Assembly (NCBI GenBank): GCA_963808345.1
Contig: CAWEFM010000001.1
Span: 472,884-536,883, forward strand
Source of the DNA: an uncultured Actinomycetota bacterium
GTDB taxonomy: Bacteria > Actinomycetota > Actinomycetes > Mycobacteriales > Mycobacteriaceae
DNA: 64,000 bases
Reading direction: 5' to 3'
The position numbers and the translations under genes are program-made. The notes below the pieces were generated by a model. The model did not search any database. It had not been told where the DNA came from and worked only from the letters and a program-made list of their open reading frames with translations. Within the stretch, counting starts at the first letter, position 1. Every line of letters starts with the position of its first letter. This document shows positions 18,595 through 28,824 of the stretch, piece after piece.

Positions 18595-19760
18595 ACTTCG
18601 GGCTCGACGATGTCGCCTACCTGACGTCGGAGGCGGGCGCCGCCGCGCTGGAGGTGGTTGCGAAATTCGCCCTGACCAATCGGGTCGCCGAGGTGGCCGC
18701 ACTGCGCGCGCAGTTCGGCGAGCGCACACCGGCGCTCGTGGAAACGGTGCTGCTGCGCCGGCGCGCGGCCCTGAAACTGGCGGAACTGCCCGGCACCGAC
18801 GACTGGCTGTTCACCGACGAAGCGCTGCAGCAAGCCAGTGCCGCCCCAGTCGCACTGCATCGGGCACAGCGGCTGGGGGGCCGCGTCGTGCACGACGTGA
18901 CCTGCTCCATCGGCACCGAGCTGGCCGCACTGCGCAGCTCGGCGGTACGGGCGGTGGGAAGTGATATCGACCCGGTGCGACTGGCCATGGCGCAGCACAA
19001 CCTCGGCGACGCCGTGGACCTGTGCCGCGCCGACGCACTGCATCCGGTGACGCGGGAGACGACCGTCGTCGTCGATCCCGGGCGGCGCAGCGCCGGCCGC
19101 CGGCGGTTCCATCCGCGTGACTATCAGCCTGCGCTGGACCGGTTGCTGACTGTGTACCGGCATCGCAGGTTGGTGGTGAAGTGTGCCCCCGGAATCGACT
19201 TCGACCAGATCCGTCAGTTGGGCTTCGACGGGGAGATCGAGGTGACTTCGTGTCGCGGATCGGTGCGGGAGGCCTGCCTGTGGTCGGCGGCTCTCACCGA
19301 GCCTGGGGTGCGTCGCCGGGCGAGCGTCCTCGACCGCTGCGAACAGCTCACCGATGCCGAGCCCGATGACTGCCCGACAGCGCCCGCGGGGCAGTGGATC
19401 GTCGATCCCGACGGCGCGGTCGTGCGCGCCGGGCTGGTCCGCCACTACGCCGCGCGGCACGGGCTGTGGCAGCTCGACCCGAACATCGCCTACCTGTCCG
19501 GGAACCGGCTGCCGCCAGGCGTGCGGGGCTTCGAAGTCCTCGACCAAGTCAAGTTCGATGCAAAGCGGCTGAGCAAAGCGTTGTCGGCGCTGGACTGCGG
19601 CTCGGTCGAAATCCTGGTGCGAGGTGTGGACGTCGATCCGGACGTCTTGCGGCGCCGACTCCGGCTGCGCGGCAGCCGGTCAATGGCGGTCGTCGTCACC
19701 CGGATCGGAACAGGTGCGGCCGGTGCGGCCGCCGCGTTCATCTGCAAACCGTCCAGCTGA
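18591..19760 (+). CDS. SAM-dependent methyltransferase with THUMP-like domain (Rv3037c homolog)
   Basis: LFTDEALQQAS, HDVTCSIG and DPDGAVVRAG motifs. Start uncertain, possibly a CTG overlapping the upstream stop. Confidence 0.85.
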   Translation: MNFGLDDVAYLTSEAGAAALEVVAKFALTNRVAEVAALRAQFGERTPALVETVLLRRRAALKLAELPGTDDWLFTDEALQQASAAPVALHRAQRLGGRVVHDVTCSIGTELAALRSSAVRAVGSDIDPVRLAMAQHNLGDAVDLCRADALHPVTRETTVVVDPGRRSAGRRRFHPRDYQPALDRLLTVYRHRRLVVKCAPGIDFDQIRQLGFDGEIEVTSCRGSVREACLWSAALTEPGVRRRASVLDRCEQLTDAEPDDCPTAPAGQWIVDPDGAVVRAGLVRHYAARHGLWQLDPNIAYLSGNRLPPGVRGFEVLDQVKFDAKRLSKALSALDCGSVEILVRGVDVDPDVLRRRLRLRGSRSMAVVVTRIGTGAAGAAAAFICKPSS

Positions 19761-19835
19761 GCCCAAGGTAAGGTAGTCAGCAGTCACTTTCCCGGGTGCT
19801 CGGCCGCTTGTTGAGTCTGCAAGGACAATTTCACG

Positions 19836-20534
19836 ATGCGAAAATTAGTGGCTGCCGCAATGGTGGCGGTCGCGTCCCTGCTGCCCGCCCAGACCGGAGC
19901 CGTGGACGGGGTTGCCGTCGCGCAACCGTCGTGCGCTGCGCTGGGCGGCAGCATCGAAAGCGGTCAGTCCTGTCACGTGGCGGCGTCGGGCCCCAGCTAC
20001 ACGCTCAATTTGACCTTTCCCACCGACTACCCCGATCAGCAGGCGCTCACTGACTTTTTGTCGCAGAACCGCGACGGCTTCGTCAATGTGGCGCAGACCT
20101 CCGGTGCCCGTGACGTGCCCTACCAGATGGAGGTCACCGCCGAGCAGTTTCGCTCCGGCCAACCGCCGCACGGCACCCAAAGCGTGATGCTCAAGGTGTT
20201 CGAGGACCTCGGTGGCCCCCGGCCGTCCACGTCCTACAAAGGCTTTAATTACGACCTCGGCAAAGGCCATCCCGTCACGTTCGACAACCTGTTCGCGCCG
20301 GGAAGCAAACCGCTGGACGCGATCTACCCGATCGTGCAGCGCGAGGTCGGCCAGAACGGGTTGGGCGCAGCGATTTCGCCCGGCACCGGCCTCGATCCGA
20401 CGCACTACCAGAACTTCGCGATCACCGACGACGACGTGATCTTCTACTTTGCGCCGGGTGAGCTGTTGCCGTCCTCCGCCGGTACCAGCCGGGCGCGCGT
20501 GCCGCGCAGCGCGCTGCCGCCGTTGACGGTGTAG
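19836..20534 (+). CDS. Secreted TB22.2/MPT64-like (DUF3298) protein (Rv3036c homolog)
   Basis: Signal peptide, DYPDQQAL and YQNFAITDD..IFYF motifs. Confidence 0.9.
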   Translation: MRKLVAAAMVAVASLLPAQTGAVDGVAVAQPSCAALGGSIESGQSCHVAASGPSYTLNLTFPTDYPDQQALTDFLSQNRDGFVNVAQTSGARDVPYQMEVTAEQFRSGQPPHGTQSVMLKVFEDLGGPRPSTSYKGFNYDLGKGHPVTFDNLFAPGSKPLDAIYPIVQREVGQNGLGAAISPGTGLDPTHYQNFAITDDDVIFYFAPGELLPSSAGTSRARVPRSALPPLTV

Positions 20535-20586
20535 AGGCAAAAGGCTCAAGGCTCAGTGCCGGCGCCGGTACCGCTCGACCAACCGC

Positions 20587-21864
20587 TCAGCTGGGCGCGA
20601 AGCTGTACACCTGCCCGACGCTGGTGGCGGCCACCACCCGGCGGTCTGCTCCCACCGACACCCCGACCGGGTAGCCGGATGCGGCTGGCAGCGGGTAGCC
20701 GTTGAGAGTGTGGCCGTCGGCCGGATCGAAGACGAGCAGCGACAGGCCTGTCGACCCGGGTCCGGGTCCACCGGCGACGACGGCATAGCCGGCATGACTT
20801 CCGGCCAGGCTCGACGACGACAGCGGGCTGACGTCATCGCGGCGCCACACCTGCTGGCCGTGATCGCCGGCGTCCTTGACGGCGACCAGTCTGGTGTCGG
20901 GGCCGCCGCCGGACACGATCAGCCCGGACGGCAGCACGGCTGGCGGGGTCTGCGCGAAAAACTTCAAGTCGACCGACCATTTCGGTTTCCCGTCGGCGGC
21001 GTGCAGCGCCCACAGCCGGTTGTCGCGGCCGTTGACGTAGACCGTCGCGCCGTCGCGAGACAGCACCGGGCTGGCGAGCACCCCGGCGCTGACCGCGCCG
21101 CTGGTCCACTCGCGGGTCAGCAGCGGGTGCTGACCGGGATGGTATTTCAGCGCCACCAGCACCGCGGCCCCGGCGCCGGGTTCCCACAGGCTGGTGACCA
21201 CGAGGTTGCCGGCCGCGGAGAAGGCAGGAGCGGCCGCGATCGGGCAGTCCGGACGCGCCGGCGCGCAGTCAGCCAGTCCGCGGGCCGAGTCGGTGGGGTC
21301 GACGGCGTCGACCAAATCCATCGGGCTGCCGACCACAGTTCCACGGTGGGCGTCGAAGACCACCACCTGTCCGAGGTGGGTGACCACCAGGAGTTGTCCG
21401 TTGCCGATGATCCGGGGTGTCAGCGGCATCCCGATCACCGGCCGGCGCCACCGAATCCATTGGGTGGGCGGGAACGCCAGCATCGCCCCGGGCTGGCCGA
21501 CAAAGACGTTGTCGAAACCGTCGAACAGCGGGCTGGAGAAGCCGCCGCCCTGAAACAACCGGGTGCACCACCGCTGCCGGCCGTTGTCGTTGTTTTCCCA
21601 CTCCATCAGCGAACACCCGCCGGATGTTTGCGCGTTGAGCGCGACCCAACTGCGGCCATTGAGCGCTGCGCCGGCGGTCAGTTCGCCTTTCACCGAGCGG
21701 GTCCACCGCAGAGCCAGCGAGGTCGCACCGGCGGTCGCGGTGTAGCTGCTGTTGGACGCGTCGCCGTATTGAGCGGGCCAGCCCGGCGCGGGGGCGGTGT
21801 TGACCCAGGAGTCGGTGTTACCGCAGCCGCCCACCGCGGCGGTGAGCGCCGTCGCCGACATCAT
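20587..21864 (-). CDS. PQQ-like beta-propeller lipoprotein (Rv3035 homolog)
   Basis: Lipobox VGGC-GNTDSW, beta-propeller repeats and synteny. Start uncertain. Confidence 0.85.
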   Translation of the reverse strand: MMSATALTAAVGGCGNTDSWVNTAPAPGWPAQYGDASNSSYTATAGATSLALRWTRSVKGELTAGAALNGRSWVALNAQTSGGCSLMEWENNDNGRQRWCTRLFQGGGFSSPLFDGFDNVFVGQPGAMLAFPPTQWIRWRRPVIGMPLTPRIIGNGQLLVVTHLGQVVVFDAHRGTVVGSPMDLVDAVDPTDSARGLADCAPARPDCPIAAAPAFSAAGNLVVTSLWEPGAGAAVLVALKYHPGQHPLLTREWTSGAVSAGVLASPVLSRDGATVYVNGRDNRLWALHAADGKPKWSVDLKFFAQTPPAVLPSGLIVSGGGPDTRLVAVKDAGDHGQQVWRRDDVSPLSSSSLAGSHAGYAVVAGGPGPGSTGLSLLVFDPADGHTLNGYPLPAASGYPVGVSVGADRRVVAATSVGQVYSFAPS

Positions 21865-21906
21865 CGAGAGCCATCGCCGCAGCGCTGCAGCCCCCGCCGC
21901 GCGTCC

Positions 21907-21960
21907 AGTGTGCGGGTTCTTGCGACGATTCGGGCTTTTTTCCTCCATAACCCGCACACT
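21907..21960. repeat. 12-bp inverted repeat (AGTGTGCGGGTT / AACCCGCACACT), mycobacterial intergenic palindrome
   Basis: Arms at 21907-21918 and 21949-21960. Confidence 0.6.
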
Positions 21961-22091
21961 CGGCGGACGACGGCGGGGGAGTCGCCAGAACACGGTGGGG
22001 CTCCAGATCCTTTCGAAGCGCGGCGGCAAGGCCAGCGGGTACAGGTGAGGGTAGCTCGTGGCGGTCTGACCAAGAGGTTAGGCTTCCGGCC

Positions 22092-22829
22092 ATGACGAGC
22101 ATGTGGGGCGCGCCGCTGCATCGCCGTTGGCGTGGCTCAAAACTGCGGGACCCACGCCAGGCCCGTTTCCTCACCGTGGCGTCGCTGAAATGGGTGCTGT
22201 CCAATCGGGCCTACACACCGTGGTATCTCGTCCGCTACTGGCGGCTGCTGAAGTTCAAGCTGACCAACCCGCACATCATCACCCGCGGCATGGTGTTCCT
22301 CGGCAAGGGCGTCGAGATCCACGCGACGCCGGAGCTCGCTCAACTGGAAATAGGCCGCTGGGTGCATATCGGCGACAAGAACACCATCCGGGCCCACGAG
22401 GGCTCGCTGCGGTTCGGCGACAAGGTGGTCCTCGGCCGCGACAACGTCGTCAATACTTACCTCGACGTCGAGTTCGGCGATTCCGTCCTGATGGCGGACT
22501 GGTGTTACGTCTGCGATTTCGACCATCGGATGGACGACATCACCCTGCCGATCAAGGACCAGGGCATCATCAAGAGCCCGGTGCGGATCGGGCCGGATAC
22601 CTGGATCGCCACGAAGGTGACGGTGCTGCGCGGCACCACGGTCGGGCGGGGCTGCGTGCTGGGGTCGCACGCGGTGGTCAAGGGCGACATACCGGACTAC
22701 TCGGTCGCGGTGGGCGCACCAGCCAAAGTGGTGAAAAACCGCCAACTGGCCTGGGAGACATCGGCGGCCCAGCGCGCTCAGCTCGCCGCAGCACTGGCCG
22801 ACATCGAACGCAAAAAGGCCGCACGCTGA
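22092..22829 (+). CDS. Hexapeptide-repeat acyltransferase (Rv3034c homolog)
   Basis: Left-handed beta-helix repeats, DFDH and AVGAPAKVVK. Confidence 0.93.
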   Translation: MTSMWGAPLHRRWRGSKLRDPRQARFLTVASLKWVLSNRAYTPWYLVRYWRLLKFKLTNPHIITRGMVFLGKGVEIHATPELAQLEIGRWVHIGDKNTIRAHEGSLRFGDKVVLGRDNVVNTYLDVEFGDSVLMADWCYVCDFDHRMDDITLPIKDQGIIKSPVRIGPDTWIATKVTVLRGTTVGRGCVLGSHAVVKGDIPDYSVAVGAPAKVVKNRQLAWETSAAQRAQLAAALADIERKKAAR

Positions 22830-22849
22830 CCCTGGCTGGTTGACGGCGG

Positions 22850-24187
22850 TCAGATGCGCTGGTAGCGGCGCAGCGCTTCGGTCCGCTCAGCGCGGTGATC
22901 GACGATTGGCGCCGGGTATTTCGCCGGCCGCTCGCCGGTGAGGGAATGCACGTCCGCGACGTCGGCGAGCTCAGGCACCCAGCGGCGAATGTAGTCACCC
23001 GACGGATCGAATTTCTCGCCTTGCGTGGTGGGATTGAATACCCGGAAGTACGGCGCGGCGTCGGTGCCCGAACCCGCGCACCACTGCCAGCCGTGTTGAT
23101 TGTTGGCCATGTCGCCGTCCACCAGCTGCTCGAGGAACCAGCGGGCGCCCCACTGCCATGGCAGGTGCAGGTCTTTGACCAGAAACGACGCCACGATCAT
23201 CCGGACCCGGTTGTGCATGTATCCGATTCCGGACAGCTGCCGCATGCCGGCGTCGACGATCGGATATCCGGTTTGGCCGGCTTTCCACGCCTCGAAGTGA
23301 CGTTGGGCCTCGGCACGGGTATCGACTTCGATCGCGTTGAAGTCCTCGTTCCAGTTCCGCCAGGCGCTGCGCGGCCAGTAGTGCAGCACCGTCGCATAGA
23401 AGTCGCGGAAAGCCAGTTCCCGCAGATACGCCTGCGGACTGTTCCGGCGCAGATTCAGGTCGGCGACCATGGTTCGCGGATGTATGGTGCCGAACTTGAG
23501 GTGCGCAGACATCCGGCTGGTGCCGTGTAGGTCCGGCCGGTTGCGGTCTTTGGCGTAGCGGTCGATTCCGCGCTCGAGAAATTCCGTCCACAGCCCAAGC
23601 GCAGCCGCTTCACCGGCGGCAAGGTCGAGTTCGACGCCGGGGTCGGGGATCTGGGTTCGTTTGGCGCATTTGGCCTTGAGCTTCGCCGGATCCACCCAAT
23701 GCGCCGATTCCGGACCAGTGTTGGCCGGTGGCCGCCGATCGGTGTTTCGCCATCGCTGCAGAAACGGCGTGAACACCTTGTAGGGAGTGCCGTCGTCTTT
23801 GGTCACCCGGCCGGGCGACACCAGATAGGGCGACCCCGTCGCCACCAGCGGCACCTGACCCAACGCCACCCGCACCCGCTCGTCACGGCGCCGCCCGAAC
23901 GGCGCGAAGTCTTCCGACACGTGCACCGCGGACGCCTCGACATCCTTGGCGATCGACGGGATCAACTGCTCCGGCAGCCCACGAGCCACCAGCAGTCGGC
24001 CGTCCAGGTCGTCGGCCAATCGCCGCAGCGAGTCACATAGGAATTGCATCCGGCGCGGACCCGATGATTCCAGTCGCGGATCCAGCACGAAACATGCCAG
24101 CACGTCTTGTCCGTCAGCGGCGGCGGACTGCAGCGCCGGCAGATCGCGCAACCGTAGGTCACGACGAAACCACAGCACAGCAGTCAC
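22850..24187 (-). CDS. phr: Deoxyribodipyrimidine (CPD) photolyase
   Basis: WFRRDLR, TSRMSAHLKFG, GYPIVDAGMRQL, MHNRVRM and FRVFNP motifs. GTG overlaps the tspO stop. Confidence 0.93.
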   Translation of the reverse strand: MTAVLWFRRDLRLRDLPALQSAAADGQDVLACFVLDPRLESSGPRRMQFLCDSLRRLADDLDGRLLVARGLPEQLIPSIAKDVEASAVHVSEDFAPFGRRRDERVRVALGQVPLVATGSPYLVSPGRVTKDDGTPYKVFTPFLQRWRNTDRRPPANTGPESAHWVDPAKLKAKCAKRTQIPDPGVELDLAAGEAAALGLWTEFLERGIDRYAKDRNRPDLHGTSRMSAHLKFGTIHPRTMVADLNLRRNSPQAYLRELAFRDFYATVLHYWPRSAWRNWNEDFNAIEVDTRAEAQRHFEAWKAGQTGYPIVDAGMRQLSGIGYMHNRVRMIVASFLVKDLHLPWQWGARWFLEQLVDGDMANNQHGWQWCAGSGTDAAPYFRVFNPTTQGEKFDPSGDYIRRWVPELADVADVHSLTGERPAKYPAPIVDHRAERTEALRRYQRI

Positions 24188-24690
24188 CGATTGAGCCGCC
24201 AGATACGGACGGACAGCAGGAAGGCGAAGGCACACCAGAGCGGATAGGGCAGCAACACCAGGCCGGTCCGTGGCGCGGCATCGGCGGTCCGGCGGGTGAG
24301 GTCGGTCGTGCTGACCGCCAGGACACCGGCGCCCAAAGCGGACAACCCGAGTTTGCGGTACTTGAAAAAGAGCCAACTCCAGCCGGCGTTCAGCACCAGG
24401 TTGATGGTCAACGCGCCGACGTATCGGCGCAGTGCATTTCGCTGACCGGTGGCCCGCAACCGGTCGACAGCGACCGCGGCGGTAGCTGCGATGTCGGTGT
24501 AGAGGGTGGTCCAGGCCAGCGGGAACACCCAATCGGGTGGCACGTAGGACGGCTTTCGCAACTGGGCATACCAAGCGGGTTGCTGACCCAGGTTGGCGAT
24601 CGTACCGACACCGGCGGCCGCGGCGACCCCCAGTGTCGTTGCGGAAAGGGTCTTTTTGTCTACCAGATTTCCGCTGGTTACCATCCACAC
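24184..24690 (-). CDS. tspO: TspO/MBR tryptophan-rich sensory protein
   Basis: WYAQLRKPSYVPPDWVFP..WT.LY, LNAGWSWLFF and PYPLW motifs. Confidence 0.93.
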   Translation of the reverse strand: MWMVTSGNLVDKKTLSATTLGVAAAAGVGTIANLGQQPAWYAQLRKPSYVPPDWVFPLAWTTLYTDIAATAAVAVDRLRATGQRNALRRYVGALTINLVLNAGWSWLFFKYRKLGLSALGAGVLAVSTTDLTRRTADAAPRTGLVLLPYPLWCAFAFLLSVRIWRLNR

Positions 24691-24695
24691 ATCAT

Positions 24696-24724
24696 TTCAG
24701 TAATTTAAGTATTAATCAACTGAA
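24696..24724. promoter_or_regulatory. Palindromic double operator TTCA-N5-TTAA-N3-TTAA-N5-TGAA between tspO and marR
   Basis: TTCAGTAATTTAAGTATTAATCAACTGAA read directly from the sequence. Confidence 0.7.
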
Positions 24725-24758
24725 TGAACAGGGGAATTACGGATATGCTGTTACCGCC

Positions 24759-25253
24759 ATGGCCACTGACGAGCACTCAAACGGGCGCGCTGCGCTGGAG
24801 TCGACGATTTCGGCTGACCTGCGCGTGCTGTCGGCGGAGTCCGACCAGATCGGTCGGCTGTTCGCTGCGGCCCACGATGTACGCTCGACCGACTTCCGGG
24901 CCCTGCTGCATATCATGGTGGCCGAAACCGCCGGCAAGCCCATTACTTCTGGTGACCTTCGGCAGTTGATGGGGCTTTCCGGTGCGGCGATCACCTACAT
25001 GGTGGACCGGATGATCGACTCCGGTCACCTGCGGCGGGAAACCCATCCGGCCGACCGCCGCAAAGTGGTGTTGCGCTACGCCGAACCTGGGTTCGACACT
25101 GCGCGCGCGTTCTTCGTCCCGCTCGGGATGCACTCCAAGGCTGCTTTGGCCGATTTGGGCGACGACGATTTAGCCGCCGGGCATCGGGTATTCACCGCGT
25201 TGATCACTGCCATGCGGCGCTACCAAGATGAACTCAAAGCCGCGGAAGTCTAG
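24759..25253 (+). CDS. MarR-family regulator (CrtR-like)
   Basis: AITYMVDRMIDSGHLRRETHPADRRKVVL winged HTH. Divergent from tspO-phr. Confidence 0.9.
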   Translation: MATDEHSNGRAALESTISADLRVLSAESDQIGRLFAAAHDVRSTDFRALLHIMVAETAGKPITSGDLRQLMGLSGAAITYMVDRMIDSGHLRRETHPADRRKVVLRYAEPGFDTARAFFVPLGMHSKAALADLGDDDLAAGHRVFTALITAMRRYQDELKAAEV

Positions 25254-25323
25254 CGGCTACAGGGCTCGGTTGTCCTGCCGCGACATCACCTCATCTGCAC
25301 GTAATGAATAGAAACGAACCGGC

Positions 25324-26370
25324 ATGACGCCTGACCAACCCGAGATCGAAACGCGGAAGCGGCGCCACATCGATGTGTGCCTCGAGGAGGCGGTGTCCTA
25401 TTGCGGCGTGACGACCGGCTTGGAGCGTTTCCGGCTGCCGTACAACGCGTTGACGCAGACCAGCCTCGCCCACATCGACCTGTCCACAACCTTCCTCGGT
25501 GTGCCCTTGGAGGCTCCGGTACTGATCGGCGCGATGACTGGCGGCGCGGACATGTCGGGCACCATCAATCGGAACCTGGCCGCAGCCGCACAAGAGCTGG
25601 GCATCGGGATGATGCTCGGGTCGCAGCGGATCATGCTGGACAGCGTGCTCGGCGAGCGGGCCGCACACAGCTTCAGCGTGCGAGACGTGGCCCCAGATGT
25701 GTTGCTGCTGGGCAATATCGGGTTGGCTCAATTGACAAAATCGGCATTACCCGACGTCGCCAAAGCGCTTGACCGGGTAGGGGCTGACGCTTTGGCAGTG
25801 CACACCAATCCGCTCCAAGAAGCAGTGCAGCGCAACGGTGACACCGATTTCTCCGGGTCGTTGGAGCGGCTGCGAGACGTCGCTGCGGCACTGCCGTACC
25901 CGGTGATGCTGAAGGAAGTAGGGCACGGCATCGGTGGCGCCGCTGTCGCGCAACTGATTCAGCCGTCGGGCGAGCCGCCGGTCGCTGCCATCGACGTCGC
26001 GGGAGCAGGTGGCACATCCTGGTCGCGCGTCGAGCAGTTTGTTCGTTACGGCCGATTACGCTACCCCGATCTGGCGGACTGGGGCGTCCCCACAGCGCGT
26101 GCGATCGTCGAGGTCCGCGCGGCGTTGCCGGCCATTCCGCTGGTTGCCTCCGGCGGCATCCGCTCGGGCATGGACGCCGCCAAGGCGCTCGCACTCGGGG
26201 CCGACGTCGTTGCAGTGGCACGGCCGTTGCTGGCTCCGGCGATCGAATCCGCCGATGCCGCAGCGGAATGGCTCCAGCGGTTCGTCGAAGAACTCAAGAT
26301 ATCCCTACATGGTTGCGGCGCAGCGGATTTGACCACCCTGAGCGACGTGGGCGTCGAGCCCTCCCATTAG
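25324..26370 (+). CDS. fni: Type II isopentenyl-diphosphate delta-isomerase
   Basis: RKRRHI, AMTGG, GSQR, HTNPLQE, KEVGHG and AGAGGTSW motifs. Confidence 0.95.
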   Translation: MTPDQPEIETRKRRHIDVCLEEAVSYCGVTTGLERFRLPYNALTQTSLAHIDLSTTFLGVPLEAPVLIGAMTGGADMSGTINRNLAAAAQELGIGMMLGSQRIMLDSVLGERAAHSFSVRDVAPDVLLLGNIGLAQLTKSALPDVAKALDRVGADALAVHTNPLQEAVQRNGDTDFSGSLERLRDVAAALPYPVMLKEVGHGIGGAAVAQLIQPSGEPPVAAIDVAGAGGTSWSRVEQFVRYGRLRYPDLADWGVPTARAIVEVRAALPAIPLVASGGIRSGMDAAKALALGADVVAVARPLLAPAIESADAAAEWLQRFVEELKISLHGCGAADLTTLSDVGVEPSH

Positions 26371-26386
26371 CCGCGGGTGTGCAGAC

Positions 26387-27640
26387 ATGGCAGTGATCTT
26401 GGCTTACGGCTCGCCTGCGCTCGGGCATCTCCTTCCTCTCGGTGCGCTGTTGCGGGAATTGGCAGACCGCGAGCACGAAGTACACCTGCGCACGATGGCC
26501 GCAGAAGTTACGCGGATGCGGCGAGTCGGCCTGCACACCGAGCCGGTCGACCCTCGCATCGAGGCCATCGTGGGGCGAGACTGGACTGCGCACAACGCGT
26601 TGGGCGTGTTGAAGATGTCCATCGATGTGCTGTGCCGGCGGGCGGTTCTGGAGGTCGACGATCTACGCGCGGCAATTGACGATGTTCGGCCGGATGCTCT
26701 CATTGTCGACGCAAACTGTTGGGGCGCAATGTCGTTCGCAGAAGCCGCGGGCATTCCATGGGTGGTGTTCTCGCCTTTCAGCCCGTACCTGCGGGCACGC
26801 GGAGTGCCGCCGTTCGGTCCTGGCCTGCGGCCGTTGCCGGGCATTGTCGGTGAGCTCCGCGACGCGTCGATGCGTCCGTTCGTGCGGTATCTGTTCGATC
26901 GACCGATAGTGCCGCGGGTGAACGCTGTTCGCGACGAACTGGGCGTTCCTGCCATCAGCAGTGTCGACGATCTGATGCGGCGCCCGCAGCTGCTGTTGGC
27001 GGTCGGTGGCGAGCCGTTCGAATATCCGCATGTCGGGTGGGGGGAGGGCGTGCACCTCATCGGCGCCTGCACCTTTCAGCCCGATCCGACGCCGACGCCG
27101 GAGTGGGTGCGCGCAATCGAACGGCCCATCGTGCTGGTGAGCACTTCTTCTATCAAGCAGGCCGACACGGTGCTGGGGTCGACTGCACTGCAGGCGCTGG
27201 CCGGTGAACCGGTTCATGTCATCGCGACGTTCCCTGCGGGGATCCCGCCGGACCTGCCCCGGCCGCCCAACGCCACGGTGTGCCGATTCGTCCCGCACGA
27301 CTTGCTGCTTGAACGCGCCAGCTGCGCTGTCACTCACGGGGGCATGGGCACCACCGTCAAAGCACTCGACCGGGGTGTGCCGGTGTGCGTGGTGCCTTTC
27401 GCCCGCGATCAAGCCGAAGTCGCACGGCGCGTCGAAGTGGCGCGTTGCGGCACCCGGTTGCCGGCCAAAAAGCTCACCGCACTGCGATTACGCGAGTCGG
27501 TGCGCAAAGCGATGACAATGGTCGAGGGCGCCCGCCGGGTTGCCGCCGGCTTCACCGCGACCGGAGGTGTCGCGCGGGGAGCCGACTTGATCGAACAACG
27601 CATTCTGGCCCGTGCCGCAGGCGAATTGGCCGCCGAGTGA
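26387..27640 (+). CDS. Family 1 (MGT/UGT-like) glycosyltransferase
   Basis: GHLLP N-terminal motif and FVPHDLLL...VTHGGMGT...P..RDQ C-terminal UGT signature. Confidence 0.9.
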   Translation: MAVILAYGSPALGHLLPLGALLRELADREHEVHLRTMAAEVTRMRRVGLHTEPVDPRIEAIVGRDWTAHNALGVLKMSIDVLCRRAVLEVDDLRAAIDDVRPDALIVDANCWGAMSFAEAAGIPWVVFSPFSPYLRARGVPPFGPGLRPLPGIVGELRDASMRPFVRYLFDRPIVPRVNAVRDELGVPAISSVDDLMRRPQLLLAVGGEPFEYPHVGWGEGVHLIGACTFQPDPTPTPEWVRAIERPIVLVSTSSIKQADTVLGSTALQALAGEPVHVIATFPAGIPPDLPRPPNATVCRFVPHDLLLERASCAVTHGGMGTTVKALDRGVPVCVVPFARDQAEVARRVEVARCGTRLPAKKLTALRLRESVRKAMTMVEGARRVAAGFTATGGVARGADLIEQRILARAAGELAAE

Positions 27641-27692
27641 CCTGCGGCGTCAACTGCCGGCCGAACCCGGGCGCCGCAACGGTTTTCGACGA

Positions 27693-28250
27693 TTACCGGG
27701 CGACCTTGCGGCGTCGATCCGTGGGTGCCGAAGCCTGATCGACGATCGGTGCCGGTCGATGGTCCAGCAGTTCGGTCTCGAAACCAGACATGGCGCTGAC
27801 CATCGCCATGAACACGCGGTGCGCGGCCACCAGGTCTCGTTCATCAAGCGCTGCCAGCGTGCGGCGCAGATGGACCCCGAGCGGACCGAAGAAGTCGTGC
27901 GCCAGAGCCAGCCCGCTGGGCTCATAACGAAGCAGCGACTTTCGCCGGTCACCGGGATCGGCTTCACGCCGGATGTGCCCGGCCTCGATCATTCGGTCGA
28001 CGAGATAGGTGATAGCGGCCGACGACAAGTCCATCCGTTCCCGCAACTGGGCCAATGTCAGCGGGATGCCCGCCGTTTCAGCCACCATGATGTGCAGCAA
28101 CGCGTGAAAATCTCCGCCACTCACGTCGTTTCGGCGGGCGAAGTAACGACCTATGCGGTCGGACTGCGCAGTTACCGCCCGCATATCAGCCGACATCAGC
28201 TTTTCCAGCTCAGCTCGGCTGAGCGGTACATTGCTGCCGCGTTTGGCCAC
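27693..28250 (-). CDS. MarR-family regulator, paralog of 24759..25253
   Basis: DFHALLHIMVAETAG and AITYLVDRMIEAGHIRRE.DP.DRRK motifs. Confidence 0.9.
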   Translation of the reverse strand: MAKRGSNVPLSRAELEKLMSADMRAVTAQSDRIGRYFARRNDVSGGDFHALLHIMVAETAGIPLTLAQLRERMDLSSAAITYLVDRMIEAGHIRREADPGDRRKSLLRYEPSGLALAHDFFGPLGVHLRRTLAALDERDLVAAHRVFMAMVSAMSGFETELLDHRPAPIVDQASAPTDRRRKVAR

Positions 28251-28341
28251 CTGACCGCATCCTTCTCAGCGATACATTCGAACGTATTGGCGCCAGTGCG
28301 AACCACCACCGGTTGACCAGGATTCTAGGCAACCTCAGGCG

Positions 28342-28743
28342 TCAGATGGAGCTTTTGATCGCCGAGACCAGTGCGTCGGGGTAGGCGACGGTGACGGTCA
28401 GCGCCGAATGGTCACGAAAACCGAGGACGCGGTGGACAGGCGGCTCGAAACGGATGCAGGCACCGGCGTGGGCGTTAGTTCCGAAGGTAAGGCCGTCATC
28501 GACGAACGACAACCTGGGGCCGACGGCCGTCCACCACCGGTAGGGCCCGCTGACCTGCGCATCGACCACCTGTGACAGCGGTACCTCGACGCGGAACGGC
28601 CCGTAAACGGCCACGAGACGACGGTCGTCGGTCAACGTGACACCCTGCCGATCCGGCCAGGCGCGAAACACCCCCCACAGCGGCGCCAGCCGAACGTCGT
28701 AGCGGTACGGGAAGTGGCGACCTTGATCATCGTGTGCCGACAT
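28342..28743 (-). CDS. Conserved hypothetical protein
   Basis: GPYRWW..GPRLSFVDDGLTFGTN actinobacterial motif. Confidence 0.8.
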   Translation of the reverse strand: MSAHDDQGRHFPYRYDVRLAPLWGVFRAWPDRQGVTLTDDRRLVAVYGPFRVEVPLSQVVDAQVSGPYRWWTAVGPRLSFVDDGLTFGTNAHAGACIRFEPPVHRVLGFRDHSALTVTVAYPDALVSAIKSSI

Positions 28744-28824
28744 GGCTCGTTCCCATCGTCAGTGAGCTGCGGCGCATCGATGCAGGGTGCGCCGGGCGGA
28801 TCGCTGTCCGCCTAACCTGTCACT

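Noticed and set aside
22850-24688. 612-aa photolyase with a long N-terminal extension (apparent fusion)
   Set aside because: The extension is an alternative frame of tspO. Photolyase homology starts at GTG 24187.
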